A stretch of 64,000 nucleotides of DNA from Camelus ferus (taxonomy: Eukaryota). The stretch is taken from contig NC_045698.1 of NCBI RefSeq assembly GCF_009834535.1, positions 14,200,001-14,264,000 on the forward strand, written 5' to 3'. The first letter of the stretch is position 1. Each line of letters opens with the position of its first letter. Shown here one piece after another: positions 39,537 to 53,121 of the stretch. The notes beneath the pieces are model-generated. The model was not told the DNA's origin. It saw only the letters and a list, made by a program, of their open reading frames with translations, and searched no databases. The position numbers and the translations under genes are program-made.

Positions 39537-39747
39537 TAGAATAGATAAACAAGATTATACTGTATAGCACAGGGAAATATATACAAGATCTTGTGGTAGC
39601 TCACAGCGAAAAAGAATGCAACAATGAATATATGCATGTTCATGTATAACTGAAAAATTGTGCTCTGTCCTGGAAATTGACACAACATCGTAAACTGACT
39701 ACAACTCAATAAAAAAAAATGTAAAAAAAAAAAGAAAGAAAAAAAAG
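39537..39747 (+). mobile_element. Young camelid-type L1 3' end with poly(A) and TSD
   Basis: Same sequence family as 11497; 13-bp TSD aaat(a/g)gggatctg at 39524-39536 and 39748-39760; TT|AAA endonuclease site. Confidence 0.93.
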
Positions 39748-40251
39748 AAATGGGGATCTGATATCATAAAACTGGATGTATCATGGTATTATATCTTATA
39801 GAGTATTGAACTCTGAGTTAATACATACATCTCCTCTAGCAGTGCTAAAATTATTGCACTGTAAGCAAATTTTGACACTTTGCAGAAGAATATACTTTTG
39901 CACTTTAGGATCCTGACTGTTTTTCAATTATGTAGTGGGGGTGGGGCGGGTGGGAGGGAAGGTTCCAGCTGTTTGTTATTTTTCTCCTTCGCTTTTGACT
40001 TCTCACCATTCAGAATTATCCAGATGGTTATAAATATTTAGGAATCTGAGGCATTTCAAAGTCATGAAATCTGTTACATTCTAAACACAAAAGCAACTCA
40101 CTAATTCTCAACTCACTAATTTGAAAAATGAAGAACCATAGAGACAATATCTATATGTGTGTGTATATATATGAAAATATTTTGTTATTCTTCTGTATGA
40201 TCATCTTGATTCTATTCCAATTTCGAACCGCAGCAGAGGCTGAACTCTAAC

Positions 40252-40338
40252 CTAATAATCTTGCCTCCCAGGTTAGCCTCCCAAGACTTCTCCTGGTCTG
40301 CGGATCCCTTTTTGGGTGTCCACTGCCCTGCTGAGGAT
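40252..40338 (-). other. Candidate 87-nt exon (phase 1-1 reading PQQGSGHPKRDPQTRRSLGRLTWEARLL)
   Basis: Acceptor gtattttgtcttcag|A, weaker donor TAG|gttaga; the donor end may overlap a decayed MIR. Confidence 0.2.
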
Positions 40339-40645
40339 CTGAAGACAAAATACATACAAGATGCGTAAACACACATCACACCAATACATTATATGGCTCT
40401 CTCCGTAACACTCTTCATTCATTACTAGCACATGCGATCCCTTTGGTTTATTTCATAGAAGAAACGTTAATACGCATATTTCAAAACAAGAAGTATTTTA
40501 CTGAAGTAACTCGTGAAGCTGCATTCTACTGCTTGTAGGGCACTTCAGTTTTAAGCTGTTAGCACTTTTGCAGTACATAGAACTGGCCACTGCAAAGCAA
40601 AGGTAGCAATTCCATAGTGTATTCACTCCCCATTAATACACTTAC

Positions 40646-40674
40646 CTCTATGAGAGGAAGGTGGGGGGAATGTT
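40646..40674 (-). CDS. Candidate 29-nt exon of an unidentified gene; reads TFPPPSSHR or HSPHLPLIE
   Basis: Strong acceptor tcttcatttctttgtcag|A and consensus donor GAG|gtaagt in unique sequence. Confidence 0.4.
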
Positions 40675-41452
40675 CTGACAAAGAAATGAAGATCTGTCAC
40701 AACAGTGAAATTTAATTATAAGGTGGTTCAACTGCTTGAAACTAGGAGCTCTCAAACAGAAAGTAAATCTACAGAAATTTCACCATCTGAATTGAGACAC
40801 AAATATCTATTTTTCCATTTTCACTTATCTGACAGGGAAATAATATCGGTGAACACATACTTACTTACGTTACTAAGGAAAGCAATTACTTGGGTTATAT
40901 TTCTAAAGACTCGTCTTCTAGGAAAGACTTTGACGTAAGCCACTATGCTTAAAATATCTATCGTTGGATTTCAAGTCAGAAGGGTAGACACACTACTCAG
41001 AGATTACACTGAAGGAACATAAAATCTCAGCTGTATTCTAAGCTTCTGGAATATCTATGATTAAAAACATTCATGAATGTCCTATAACTTACTTAGAGAG
41101 TTTAGTTAAATAAATAACAAAAATACAGGAAATCTATGCACAGAATACTGAGTATAAGATCAAAGGATAAATGAGTTTAATACCCACGTACGGAAAGACC
41201 CATTAATTAATTAAACGGTGTGCAGTTTAAAGTCTTGCTATCAGTTTACATGATTCTGGCTCAACACAATGGAGAGAGTGACAATAAATAATGCTTGGAA
41301 TTTCTCTGGTTTGTTAATTATGCTTGTAAATTTTTATTATAGTTCATTGGTAGGCCTTCTCAGTAGGCAGAAAATTTCCATTTAAAAGAAGTCAAATGAT
41401 TGGAGCTTTAAAACAATTACAGACAACACCTTAACTAATGAATGCCACACAC

Positions 41453-41562
41453 ATTCTTCTCTGCCAGAAAAATGAAACCACTTTGCTGTTCATCCTCAGC
41501 CTTGACATAGTGATATCGCTCCTTTCCTGAAGTAGATTTAATGGTGTAGATTACTTTGCAGA
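41453..41562 (-). other. Candidate 110-nt exon (CKVIYTIKSTSGKERYHYVKAEDEQQSGFIFLAEKN)
   Basis: Acceptor tgtgctgctctctag|T, single open frame, weak donor AAT|gtgtgt. Confidence 0.2.
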
Positions 41563-44500
41563 CTAGAGAGCAGCACAGATAATCAGTATATTGCTTTATG
41601 TCATCCTGACATAGCTTTTCGTCTTGCCACCAAAACAGGGGCACTAGAGTCTAGTCAGAATATTGGAATGTATGACCACTATGATTTTTGTCTGTTTTAT
41701 ATGAGTATTTGGGAGAGGTGGGTGGGGTGGGGAGGTGAGTGCAAAACATAATATAGTTATTGGAGTTCTAATTGTTCTCAGGAAAATATTTTACACAAAA
41801 AAAGTTGAAGAGGACTTTAAAATAAAACTATTAAAATGATAGCTATCACTTTAAAGTATCTATTTTTAGAAGACATAATCAGTTAATTCAAAGAATTTGA
41901 TGCTACCACATCTTTGCATTCATTTCAAGCTCTATTACATTATCTGCATTTAGTAAATACTCTAAAAATACCACCTAATCTGGCATTTGGATCAACTATA
42001 ATTCTGAATTAATATATAAGAACAATACATATTGTTTTCCAACTGCATGCTGGTATTTGCCAATATAATAAATTTAATTTTAGAAAAATAAAAGGTGAAA
42101 ACTCTAGAAACAAACTGATATTTCTGTTCATTTTTATAGATATGAGCATCAACGATGTGAAGAGAAGCAACAATTAAGATTTAAGTCCTATAAATGTGTA
42201 CTTAATATGAAACTTGAGAGTAAATCTAGACATATCAATCCATGTTTGGAAGATGGTGAAATTTTTTCTGGGTACAATAAAAAATATCCTAAACTGAGCT
42301 TCCATATTTGGGAAACAGCTGAGCACAACTGTAGAAAAAAACCCTGCAGAGATTTATCTTAAACATGTCCCTAATTCATAACTATGTTGGAATAAAAATC
42401 ACCATACATTTAAAGAAAACATACAGAAGAAGGAAAAGACCAAGATGATCAATCTGAACAGAATTCTAGAGAGCAAACAGAATATAGACATCCTAAACAC
42501 CTGTTTTTCAAATATTCTTTTTTTTTTCCAAATTTTCTTTTTTTTTTTCAAATACGTACACGTTTGAAAACTATGTCAACCAAAACAAGAAGTGTCTCTT
42601 AGGAAAAGTAATAATTTCAGAAAAAAGAGTTCTTGGGAATTACAGATATTCTTGTAAAATGCAGACAAGTGAAGTTTAGAGGGATAGTGAGCGAATGGGC
42701 TCATTATGTCCTGACAGTGGCCAAATGGTAAGAAATGGAGCTATCAAAACTGACTGTAGCATTGTAGAAATAAGCAACAACAACAACAATAAAAAAAAAA
42801 AAAACCACAGAAAGAATGCCTATCTTAATACGTTAACAATGTTAACAATTTCATCATCTGGTGAAGGTGGTGAGATAATTTAAATTTTATCCACCTCTGT
42901 ACTGAAATTCGTTGTAACCTGTGCCTGTATTGATTTTACACTATTTTTTAAAATATCCTAAGAGGACAGTTAAAGAGATACCTTGCTCTTAACTTTAGAT
43001 ATGACGGAGTGGCTGGGCAAAACTGAAGAGGAGAGAGGCAGCGGCACTTTTATATTTTATCACCTATAATGAGTATCACAAGTTGCAAATACAGATAGTA
43101 GAATCAAAGTGGAAAAAAATCAGAGTAGAAGGAGAGAAAATTTAAGAATGAACAAGAAAAATAACAAGCCACAAGTGGCTACCAGTTCCTGCTGAGGTGC
43201 TATGTGGCATAAAAATGTCCCCACAGGTTCATGGATCTATTCATCTAGTAAATGAACTTGCTGACCAGGATGACACCTCTCTCCCGTCACAAAAAAAATA
43301 TGCCAATTGTAAATATATATTTTATGAAATAGTTCATCACAAAAACATATAAAAATTTCAGTTATCCAAGCATGGATATACTGCTTTATTCTTCCTCATC
43401 ATAGATCTAATTCTGAACATAATAAGAGCAATTTTTATAATTAAAAAAATGCCTACCTCAAGCAGCATGCTATTCCATCATAAATAGTTGAAAACTGGTT
43501 ATATAATCTCTTTATGTACATGATTGTGGCATACTTGTAAGGAGAAATAAACTTTTATAACTAAATTTTCTTTAAATCAAGGGAAAACAATCAAAAGATA
43601 GTGTTGCAAATATAGGTTTTCTTCCTTCAGTTGAAAGCCAATCATTTGCATAATTTTAGATACCACATTGAAATAAACTTAGATAATCCCTTCCATACTC
43701 CTATTAATAAAATATATTTACATAATGAAATAAACAAATGCTCAATTTTAATCTTTTTAATCTGTCCACTCTCTAAACAGAAATCTATTTATAGAAGGAA
43801 ATTCTAAACGTAACACTTTAATGATATTTCTTATGCTGAAAAAGCAGGACATAATGGTTTTTAATCACCAGCAATTGTTTAATCATCAACTTGTTGTTTA
43901 ATACAGTGGTGGGTTTCTCAATAAATTTCTGCACGGATCTCTAGTAAAAGTGTCCTGTAATATTTAGCAATAGTGAATATTCAGTACTGGTTGGATTTCA
44001 ATATACAAATACTAAGAAGTCATTTAGTATTATATTATTCTTCCTTTAAACTCTTTATTAAATAGTTAACAATGTGTCTAACAATTCTTTTGTAATAAGA
44101 ATAAGGACTATTACAGCCTAATGTTTAGTGTTTAGCATATGGTATACCTTATACTTCCTTATACTGAAATATTTGTGATTATAAGGAAGAAATCTATATC
44201 TATATATATGATTTCTTTTTTTCTTCTGTATTCAATGTATTAAACAATTGTCAATGGTAGTAGCTTGAGAGTAGCAGAAAGACCAGATGAAGTTATTGGT
44301 GAGTTAACCAAACAGGGGTAAATTACTTTGTTACAGGAGGAGATCATGGCTGTCAGGACACAGAGCTGAATGGTTCGCAGTGTTCTTTAAGGGCATCATT
44401 GCAGATGACCTGACAAAGTGATACCACATCATACTGTTTGGAAATTTAAACGTTCTTCATAAAATATAACAGAGGACAATGCAAAACAAAACATTATACA

Positions 44501-44689
44501 TGAATGCATGTCTTATTAACAAGTAACAACCCTCGTTCCCTCCAAATTTACATCAACCAGGTCAAGTAAATTCCATTTAAAGTTGAGAGGAGGAATGTCT
44601 TTTACCTGGGGGTTCCCTGGGGCCATCCCAACAGGCTCTCAGTGTGTTACAGGGGCTATTTTACACATCTTTTTTCTTTTACATTTTGT

Positions 44690-44815
44690 CTTTTATGAAT
44701 TTATTCAGCCAGAACTGCTTGGTGCCTACCAATTTCTTGGCATGCCCTAGGCGTTGAGGACACAAGGGTAGGACTTGATCCTAATCCCTGGCCTCAGATA
44801 GCTTACAGTCTCTCT
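44690..44815 (-). mobile_element. L2 3' end
   Basis: tttattcag...gtgcctac...ctaggcgttgaggacaca...gcttacagtct. Confidence 0.7.
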
Positions 44816-45493
44816 GAAATTTCCTGATGGAAGTTTGTAGGGCCCTGGTATTTCATTTCTAGTGCAGCCGAGATCAGCACTGACACGGTATTAGGGCATT
44901 TTTCTATATACATGCTGTATTTTGAAGGGAAGCACATTTGTCATTAAACATCATAGAGTTCCATAATCCTAACAAATATGATAAATATTGATGTAGAGTA
45001 GAGAATAATTTGCAGCTTGATCCTTAAGACTATTCATGGTGTTAATCCTTCTCAGAGATTTTCACACTTCAACTCTTCTTGTTTTGAATTGTCATACATA
45101 ATTCATGGAAGAATCTCAAGAGCAAGAAACTGTGAACTAATACCTTAGTAAAATCTCAAGAAGTAAAGGTGGATATCAATCTATCTGACCTATTTATGAA
45201 ATAACATTTGTATCTCCTCATATACACATCTATAGTCAGTTACACGCCCCCTTTTTATCAGGTTCTACTTCTGCCCTAATAAGCATCTGGAATATTCTGG
45301 TGAAACATAAAATCTGTTCCTCAGTTTGCCAAAGTGTTGAAAAGTCCTTTTGCTATAGAAATTGAGTATCTCTTACCCCTTTCCTTGACCATTTTAAGGA
45401 GATATCAGCAGTGGGAAATCTACATTTAATTTGATGAAGGTGGACAAGAGAATCATAGAGTATTTTTGTGCTTTCCAGTGATTCAGACCTCTG

Positions 45494-45600
45494 GAAATAT
45501 ATATATGTGAAACACACATATTATGAAACACACACACGAAACATGAAATGTGAAATATACGAAGCATGAAATGTGTATGTGAAACATGTACATCTGAAAA
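45494..45600. repeat. Degenerate tandem array of GAAA units with CA/TA/TG spacers
   Basis: Nine GAAA and one GAAG separated by short alternating purine-pyrimidine runs. Confidence 0.7.
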
Positions 45601-46259
45601 TATTTTAATATATGGGGAATAATTTATCTATTATTCATATGTATTACCTATATATGTGTTATGTACATAAAACTGTTTATTTATAAATTTCCACATAATC
45701 TTTACACACTCTTCTATAAGTTTTAAATTAAGATGTGCATTGAAGTGGCTATGAGTTAAGTGTTTCTATTTCAATATAGGGAGTTGTTTTAGTTATCTTT
45801 TCTTACTTGGATATTAAAGAATGGCTACATACAAAATAAATTCTCAACAAAACTCCAATAATCTAGTATTTGACTTTTAGGTAATATCATGTTTGTAATT
45901 TATTTAAGAGGTGATATTGGCCTTATTCTTTGTGCATTTGAGAAAGACTGTATGTATTTTTTTTCCTTTCTTCCATCATCTAATTGTGAGGTGATGTAAA
46001 TAGAGGACTACTTGTTTTCAGAGTTAAATAATTTGAGAAAATATCTTTATTTTTATTAAGGAGATGTTTTCTATTAAAATGTGATCTGCGGATAACAGAA
46101 CGTGGGAAAGTCTTTATCAGTGGTTATGATAATTAAACACCTCACTGATGTTTAAGACAAACTATCGCAGACACATCAGTCCTTTTGAAATAAGTCCTGT
46201 TCTCTTTTTTCTGGGCTCACAACTAAACTACTTTTGTCAGCTTCCTTCACGATTTAGGA

Positions 46260-46314
46260 ATGGCCATTCGATGATTGTCCAGCCATACGATGGCCATATG
46301 ATGATTGTCCAGCC
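46260..46314. repeat. Two-copy tandem duplication, period 30 bp
   Basis: atggccat(tc/at)gatgattgtccagcc at 46260-46284 and 46290-46314. Confidence 0.9.
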
Positions 46315-46539
46315 CACTGAATTTTCCACTTGGGATCTTTAATTATATCTCTTTTCAGGTGACTGGATAGCGACACCCAAGTGAATGAAGTCATATGTTG
46401 CCTGTGGCAGAGCTTCAGGTCCCTTAAGTCCCTAAACGACCAGACTAGAACGCCCTCCACCAGTGACCTGGAGCCATGCTCGACAGAGACCCTGGGTAGT
46501 TGTACCTAAGACTCCCCACCTGCCTTTGGTCATCTTCAA

Positions 46540-46660
46540 AGCTGGACTGCAAGCTATCTGAGGTGAGGGGTGAGGTCTTTAGTCTTTTCCATATACCCTT
46601 TGTGCTTAGCACACACCAGAAACTTGATAGTCACCATAGAATACTTGCTGAAGGAATACT
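46540..46660 (+). mobile_element. L2 3' end
   Basis: ctggactgcaagct...tgagg...gtgcttagcaca...aatacttgctgaaggaa. Confidence 0.7.
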
Positions 46661-47298
46661 TTAAAGATGCCAATCTGTGAAAGAAGAAAAGTACATATAC
46701 AGTAGTCCCCTTCACATACAAAGAGGCTGTTACCAGAGATGCTTGGATAACATGATCACTCTTTCACTGGAGGATGGAGATTAGCCTCCAAAGGATATTA
46801 AATGGGGATTATCTGAGCCAGTGTGAGGAGGCTTGGCAGTAACAAATGAGACATAAACTCATGTGTGATGCTTCCTATGATACCATACTCTGTTGTTATA
46901 CTTTACGGAGAATATTTAAACTTCCAAAACGGTAGGATGCGGCATCACTTTACTGAATCATCTGCAATGGTGACCTTGAAGAATACTGCTGACAATTCTG
47001 CCATGACCTTCTCCTGTACCAGTAAATAGTTTCCCCTTATTTGATTAACTCAGCAATATCTTAATTTATTGTTTTGTTGTTCTGAATGTACTATTGCTGT
47101 TTCTACAATATAGTTGTCATTCAGAAGATAAAGAGAAATACATGGGTGAAATGAAGTGAAAAAGAGAAGGCAAAACAGGAGGAAGGGAGAGAAGAGTAAA
47201 AGAAGGAGGAAAGAAAATATAAAAATGGAGAAGGGAAGAGAGGGGCCAGAAAGGAGGAAATCTCCTGAGACTGATATTCACGTATCTCTTCCAGAGTT

Positions 47299-47329
47299 TG
47301 TGTGAGTGTGTGTGTGTGTGTGTGTGTGT
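47299..47329. repeat. (GT)n microsatellite
   Basis: 12 uninterrupted GT units at 47306-47329. Confidence 0.95.
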
Positions 47330-47499
47330 ATAAAATTGTATACGGGTGTGTGCAACATATGTAATTTAAAGAATATTCTCTTTATTTAAAATTTTCCTTA
47401 AGATTGTATTAAACATAAACTCTTAAGTGTTAATGTATATTTAGTAATAAGAAATTTTAAAAATGCTAATAAAAGATATCAATATGAAAATAGCTATTT

Positions 47500-48560
47500 T
47501 CTTATACGTATATTATAAATATAGTTGTAATTATACTCTATTTAAAAATTGAAATATTTATTTTTCTACTTCCCTTTCCATTTGTACCTCTAAGAAAACT
47601 CATTTCTGACTTGTGAGTATAGCATTTTATCTAACATTTATTTAAATAGTGTTAAATTTCATTAAACATTTAGATTGTTGTCATCATTTAGTTATTATAA
47701 TTACAAGTGCCTTAAACATATATTTTTCACATTTAGGGCTGTTTCTTAGAGATGGAGTTTCAGAAGTGGAGAGGATGAACAGAGGGATATATACACTGTA
47801 AAACTTTTATTATCACTTGTGAAATTGCCTTCTAAATGGTTAAAGCCAAGAAACAGTGACATTACAGGAGGGCGGCCACTTCAATACAATGTCACTAGTG
47901 CTGGACTTTGCTTCAGATTTAAACTTGGAGAAATGATACCACATTGTGGCAAAATTTTAATACCATTAATTACATCCAGGGCTCGGATTCATAGTGATTA
48001 TATTCTTTGTGATTACCCTCTTTGTCTTGAATGTTTCCTATTGTCTTTTTAAAGTCTTTTAATATTTCTACACGCTGTTTATATAATAATGTTATTTTGT
48101 AATAAGGCTTACAGGTCATGAGATTTTCTCATTTTTCAAATTATAGCATAGTAAAATTGTTGGCCCTTCATCAAGATTGCAGTAAATACTTTATTAGTCT
48201 CATTTAGTTTTTTTTTTAATTCCCTCGAGTTTCAAGCAATTCAAGTTTATAGATTTTCTAATGTAACCATTTTTCCTCTGCAATATTTTCTCCTAAAAAT
48301 ATCAGGTTTATTTTAACCTTCCCTCCCATAGGCATTATAAATATTCCATTATAATTCCTTCTAGTTTCCCTTGACCTATCATTTTATCATGATTCATAGT
48401 GCATTATTATTTTGTTCGAAGAGGTAAGCTTTTAATTGATTTCTCCAATACTGTTGTAATGTATTATAGGATCTCCTCTTTAACCTTGAGTGTGAGGTCC
48501 CCTTAATTGTATGATAAATGCTTATATGTAAAATTATTTATTTATGGAGTATTCTGTTAC
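47500..48560 (-). mobile_element. Very old antisense L1ME-like fragment
   Basis: tttcagaagtgga, gaaattgccttctaaatggtt, ggagaaatgataccacattgt; heavily decayed. Confidence 0.5.
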
Positions 48561-49612
48561 CTTGGTTTGTCTCTTTTGTCTTACACATCAGCATCAGATT
48601 CTAGTTTATAAAGATAGAAACACATTTTGAAGTCACATTCATTATTTACAAACTAGTGAGTTAATTTGAAAATATCATATGAACACAGTGATAAATCCAT
48701 ATTTAACGGATTAACTAATTATCTATAATTAGTAAATGGTAAGTCTAGAAAGTGGTAAATCGATAAGTTAGACAAAGCAAAAAAAGAAAAATTTCAGAAA
48801 ATTAACTTCCTTTAAGATCATTTGACGTATTTAGGTCTGATATCAAATGCTATGTCAGGTGGTGTTACCATATATTTTCCAGGCAAATATTAAGGAGATT
48901 CCATGTAATGTTTGGGTCTCAGAGACCTCTATTTAAAGTATTCATTATACATGATCCATTCAAAATGATATGCCTTCTCATCTCACTTACCAAGGCAAGA
49001 AAGATATCACTGATTTTATTATCCTCTCTTTTTTGTGACTTGCTATGTAATAACAAAGGAACACACTGTATTTCCTTGGATGCTAGATTTTTACTTTTGA
49101 TTTATTTTTGATCTTAAGTTTAAAATTAACCCAGTTATTTTTCTTAAGAGATATGAAAGGGAAAAAAAAACAACAAACAAACAGCAACAAGTCTTAGTAA
49201 GCACTGCTTACATGGACAGGTCAGTTTTTATATGCCTGTTCATGCACTTATATGACACAATTCCTCACATAAAGTCATGAGTTTACACTATTCCCATTTA
49301 TGAAGTCTTTAAAAAAAACTAGCTTGTTTCTTGAGATTCTAAAATAATTTTCATATATTATTTTATGTATTTTTTGAAAAAAAATAAAACACAATAAGAA
49401 TGATTCAATGGTTTTCATTCCAAGCTAACTTTACATTTGAAGGTAGAAAATGATGCTGTTGGAAAGTGGTAATAGGGGTGAAAGATAAAGACAGAAAGTA
49501 ATCCTCAGATTTTTCAAATGATTATGAAGTCTATCTTTTGACTAAATTTTTTTAAAGCTAGAACATTATAGAATATCATAAATAGGACATATCAAGAATA
49601 CTTCAGATATAA

Positions 49613-49846
49613 CGGGGGAAGGGACTGGGATTTCAAAATGTAGAATAGATAAACAAGATTGTACTGTGTAGCACAGGGAAATATATACAGGATCTTGTGG
49701 TGGCTCACAGCAAAAGAGAAAGTGACAATGAATGTATGTATGTTCATATATAACCGAAAAATTGTGCTCTATACTGGAATTTGATACAACATTGTAAAAT
49801 GACTATAACTCAGTAAAAAATGTTTATATAGAAAAAAAAAAAGAAA
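49613..49846 (+). mobile_element. Young camelid-type L1 3' end with poly(A)
   Basis: gactgggatttcaaaatgtagaatagataaacaag...tgactataactc plus A tail; no clean TSD seen. Confidence 0.92.
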
Positions 49847-50589
49847 ATTTGTTCAGCCAGCAGAATGGTTAATGATAGTACACTGAATTGGTTAGTTACG
49901 TAGACAAATTGAAATGAACTTAATAAATTTATGAAGTATAATACAGGACTATACATTTAGAACCCCCAAAAATATTCATGTGTTTTGGGTAATTCCATTA
50001 TAGAAACAAAGCTAAGGAAATAACTTGAAATGCAAAAAAAGAATAAACAATAATGACCATAGCAATGTTAGCAGTAGCAAAAAACTAAAGAGCCGAACGT
50101 AATAGCTTTTGACGTATCTATTCAATAGATAAAGGCATTGAATTCCATTATTTTGAAAAATTTAAGGCTACTGGAACATCAAATGATGTATTATTTGGTG
50201 CAAAAGTGTTCAAAACACGTGTGTGTGCAATATGTAACATAAGAATGATTCTACTTATTTATGCTTTGAAGAATATTCACAGTGTTTACAGAGATCATCT
50301 CTGAGTGGTGGGGTTACTGGGCATCTTTTGCTTTCTACGGATTTTCTACACCTGCATTTAAAAAACAATAAATTCATACTACTTTATGTAGAGTTAAATA
50401 AAAATGAACAATGCAAGCATAACTTAATGCTATAAGTTATTCTGTGAAATTTGAAACTCAATCCTCTGAAAATTCACAGGAAATAATACTTTAATATATG
50501 TGAACAACTACAACAATATATATGTGGGAATATAAAGTGAACCAGCACAAGAGATTTTCTCCACAATCCTGACAAGCAAGACAAACTAG

Positions 50590-51140
50590 TAAGAAATTAG
50601 AAAGATCTCAAATAAACAACCTAACTTTATACCTCAAGGAACAATAAAATGAACAAATTAAGCCTAATGTTAGCAGAAGGAAGGAAATAATTAAGATCAG
50701 AGCAAAAATAAATGAAACTGAGACCAGAAAGAAATAGAAAGGATCAACAAACCTAAAAGCTGTTTTCTCAAAAAGATAATATTGACAACTTTTAATTAAA
50801 CTAAGGGGAAAAAAAAAAGAAGCCTCAAATAAATAAAATTAGAAATCAGTCAACAGACATTTCAAATGATTCTACAGAAAGAAATAGGATCATAAGAGAC
50901 TACTGTGAACAACCGTATGCCAACAAACAGGATAGAGTAGAAGAAATGTTTACATTCCTAGAAACATAAAACCTTTTAAGACTGAATCTGGAAGAAAGAA
51001 AAAAATCTGAACTGACCAACAAGCAGTAAATACATTCGATTAGCAATAAAAACCTCCCAATACAAAACAAAAACAAACAAAACAAACAAAACAAACACCA
51101 GGACCAGGCAGCTTCACTGGCTAATTTCTACAAACATTTG
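50590..51140 (+). mobile_element. L1M ORF2 internal fragment, degenerate
   Basis: aaataaacaacctaactttatacctcaaggaac, agactactgtgaacaaccgtatgccaacaaa, ccaggaccaggcagcttcactgg (PGPDGF-like region). Confidence 0.9.
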
Positions 51141-53083
51141 AGAATCTTGAGATTTGAATCCTGCTGTATGCACAATTTGTTTAGATGGCTTGTTGCATTT
51201 AAACAAATTGTGTTTGATTTTAGCATATATTAAAAATCTAACAGCAACTGTCCTAATACAGATGAATATGATCAAAATCATTTTAATCAGTAGATTAAAT
51301 AAATAGCATTATATATTAGCAAAGTACCTACTGAAGTTGAATGGGTGAGCTTGAATCATGGGGCTGTCTTTTCAGATTTTTTTTCACTGTGCTCGTTAGT
51401 GAAGGGTATTAAAAACCTGCATAGGAGATCACGAGTTGCACTGTTTTGTAGGCCCTATTTCCCCATGTGGTTAAGTTTAAGGAGAGAGGAAGGAAAAGAG
51501 AAGAGGGCTAGAAAGTGGGGAGGGTGTTACGTTGTTGCAGGGAAGAGGATGTTACTAGACAGAGCACAGAATTTTCTAATGAATTGTCCCACCACGTCAA
51601 TAAACAGCTAACCCCAGCTCAGCGACGATTACACAATAGGAAAGTTGCCCACACAGTACTATGGAAAGGCAGAGTTTGGTTTCCTTTTTGTACAACGACA
51701 ACAACCTATAGTAAATACTGAACAGATGGTACGTGGCTATCATAAAAAAGCAATGTATTCCCAGGAAGGAAAATGATTTTATTTTGTGACTTTGAACTGA
51801 CTACTATACATTCCAATTTGATTTACGTATTAAAAGAAAGACAATGGAAACATCACTTTGGAAACTGTGTATGTAAGAGGAGGTGACAGATTATTAAAAC
51901 ATATTATGTGCATTTTTCAGGGCAGCTGCTCTGCTCAGATTATTTAATTCACTTATGATGAGACATAAATAATATACCCAATAATGCTCCTGCTCAGAGA
52001 AAAACATATGTCATAATTTTATGAATATTAGTTGGGCTTCTAATCCTTAATCGCTAAAACTATAGAAGCTTGGGAAGATTAAGAGCTCATAAATCTGGAT
52101 GAGAAAGGGAAACGTTTATCACATTTTAATATTACATTAGCTATACACAAAATTTTACATTCTAATCAGATATTATAGATTTATTATTTATCTCTATGCT
52201 ATACCTGAAGAGAAAATGATATATTTAGCAAATCTATAGTCACAAGATCTTTAAAATGTAGCAAAATTACTACATTATTAATAAAGAAAATTCTATTTTT
52301 TTTAATAAAGATACTCTAGTTGTTGAATATTTTACCCATTGACATGAGCACAAGGGCTAACTTTTTTGGATAAACTTCCCTTTCCATTAGCTAAACTGCA
52401 AGTTATTATCCTTAAAAGTTGTATGCATATTTATTTATATATATTCAATAATCAACAAACAAATGTAGGCAATGCATTTAATTAATAGTTCTTGCAAGTT
52501 ACTTTAACGTCATTTTAAAACATTCTCATAGTTTGAGAGAATTGACTTTAAAATATAATATAATAAAAAATACCCAGGTAACAAAAGAAGTATTATATTA
52601 ATACACATCAGATCCAAATGTCAAAGTGGAATTACTTGTACTGATTCCAAACCAATTAATACAAATGTATATCATCCACATAATATACTCAAGACCAGGC
52701 CAGTGGGACATAGAAGAGAAATTAACAATGTGATGTTTGCTATTTACCCTCAGGCAGTTTGTAGAACACTTAGGTTGTAAAGGGAAAAAAAAAATAGGTA
52801 AGACAAAACAATAATAATAAAAGGAAAAGGAGAACAAATGTTTACAAAAGCTATTGTAAACCAAATAGGAGAGATTAAGGATATTGACCAGGGATAGTCA
52901 TTGAAACACAGAAAATTTGGTTATCTCAAGATACGTTAATGCCAAAAATGATAACACGGGAACAGATCAGAGAAGGAATATTCAACTATCATTTTGGACT
53001 CCTTACTTTATGATGATGCCACCAATGTTATATGTAGAAAAATCGAAAGATTAAATTGCTGGACTAGAAATGAAAAACGCCAC

Positions 53084-53121
53084 CTTTCCCGTTGCGCCTT
53101 CTCGATGCTTGACACTGTGCT
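53084..53121 (-). other. Candidate 38-nt exon (STVSSIEKAQRE in phase 0-2; all three frames open)
   Basis: Acceptor gtcctgtttcctgcgcag|A, weak donor AAG|gtggcg; local CpG cluster. Confidence 0.2.

Noticed and set aside
18233..41869. Consensus MEF2 sites (about 18234, 20501, 41860)
   Set aside because: A/T-rich 10-mers expected by chance in this composition; not clustered
45494..45600. CRISPR-like or ISRE array
   Set aside because: Units are only 4-5 bp with low-complexity spacers in a mammalian genome; spacing does not match GAAANNGAAA
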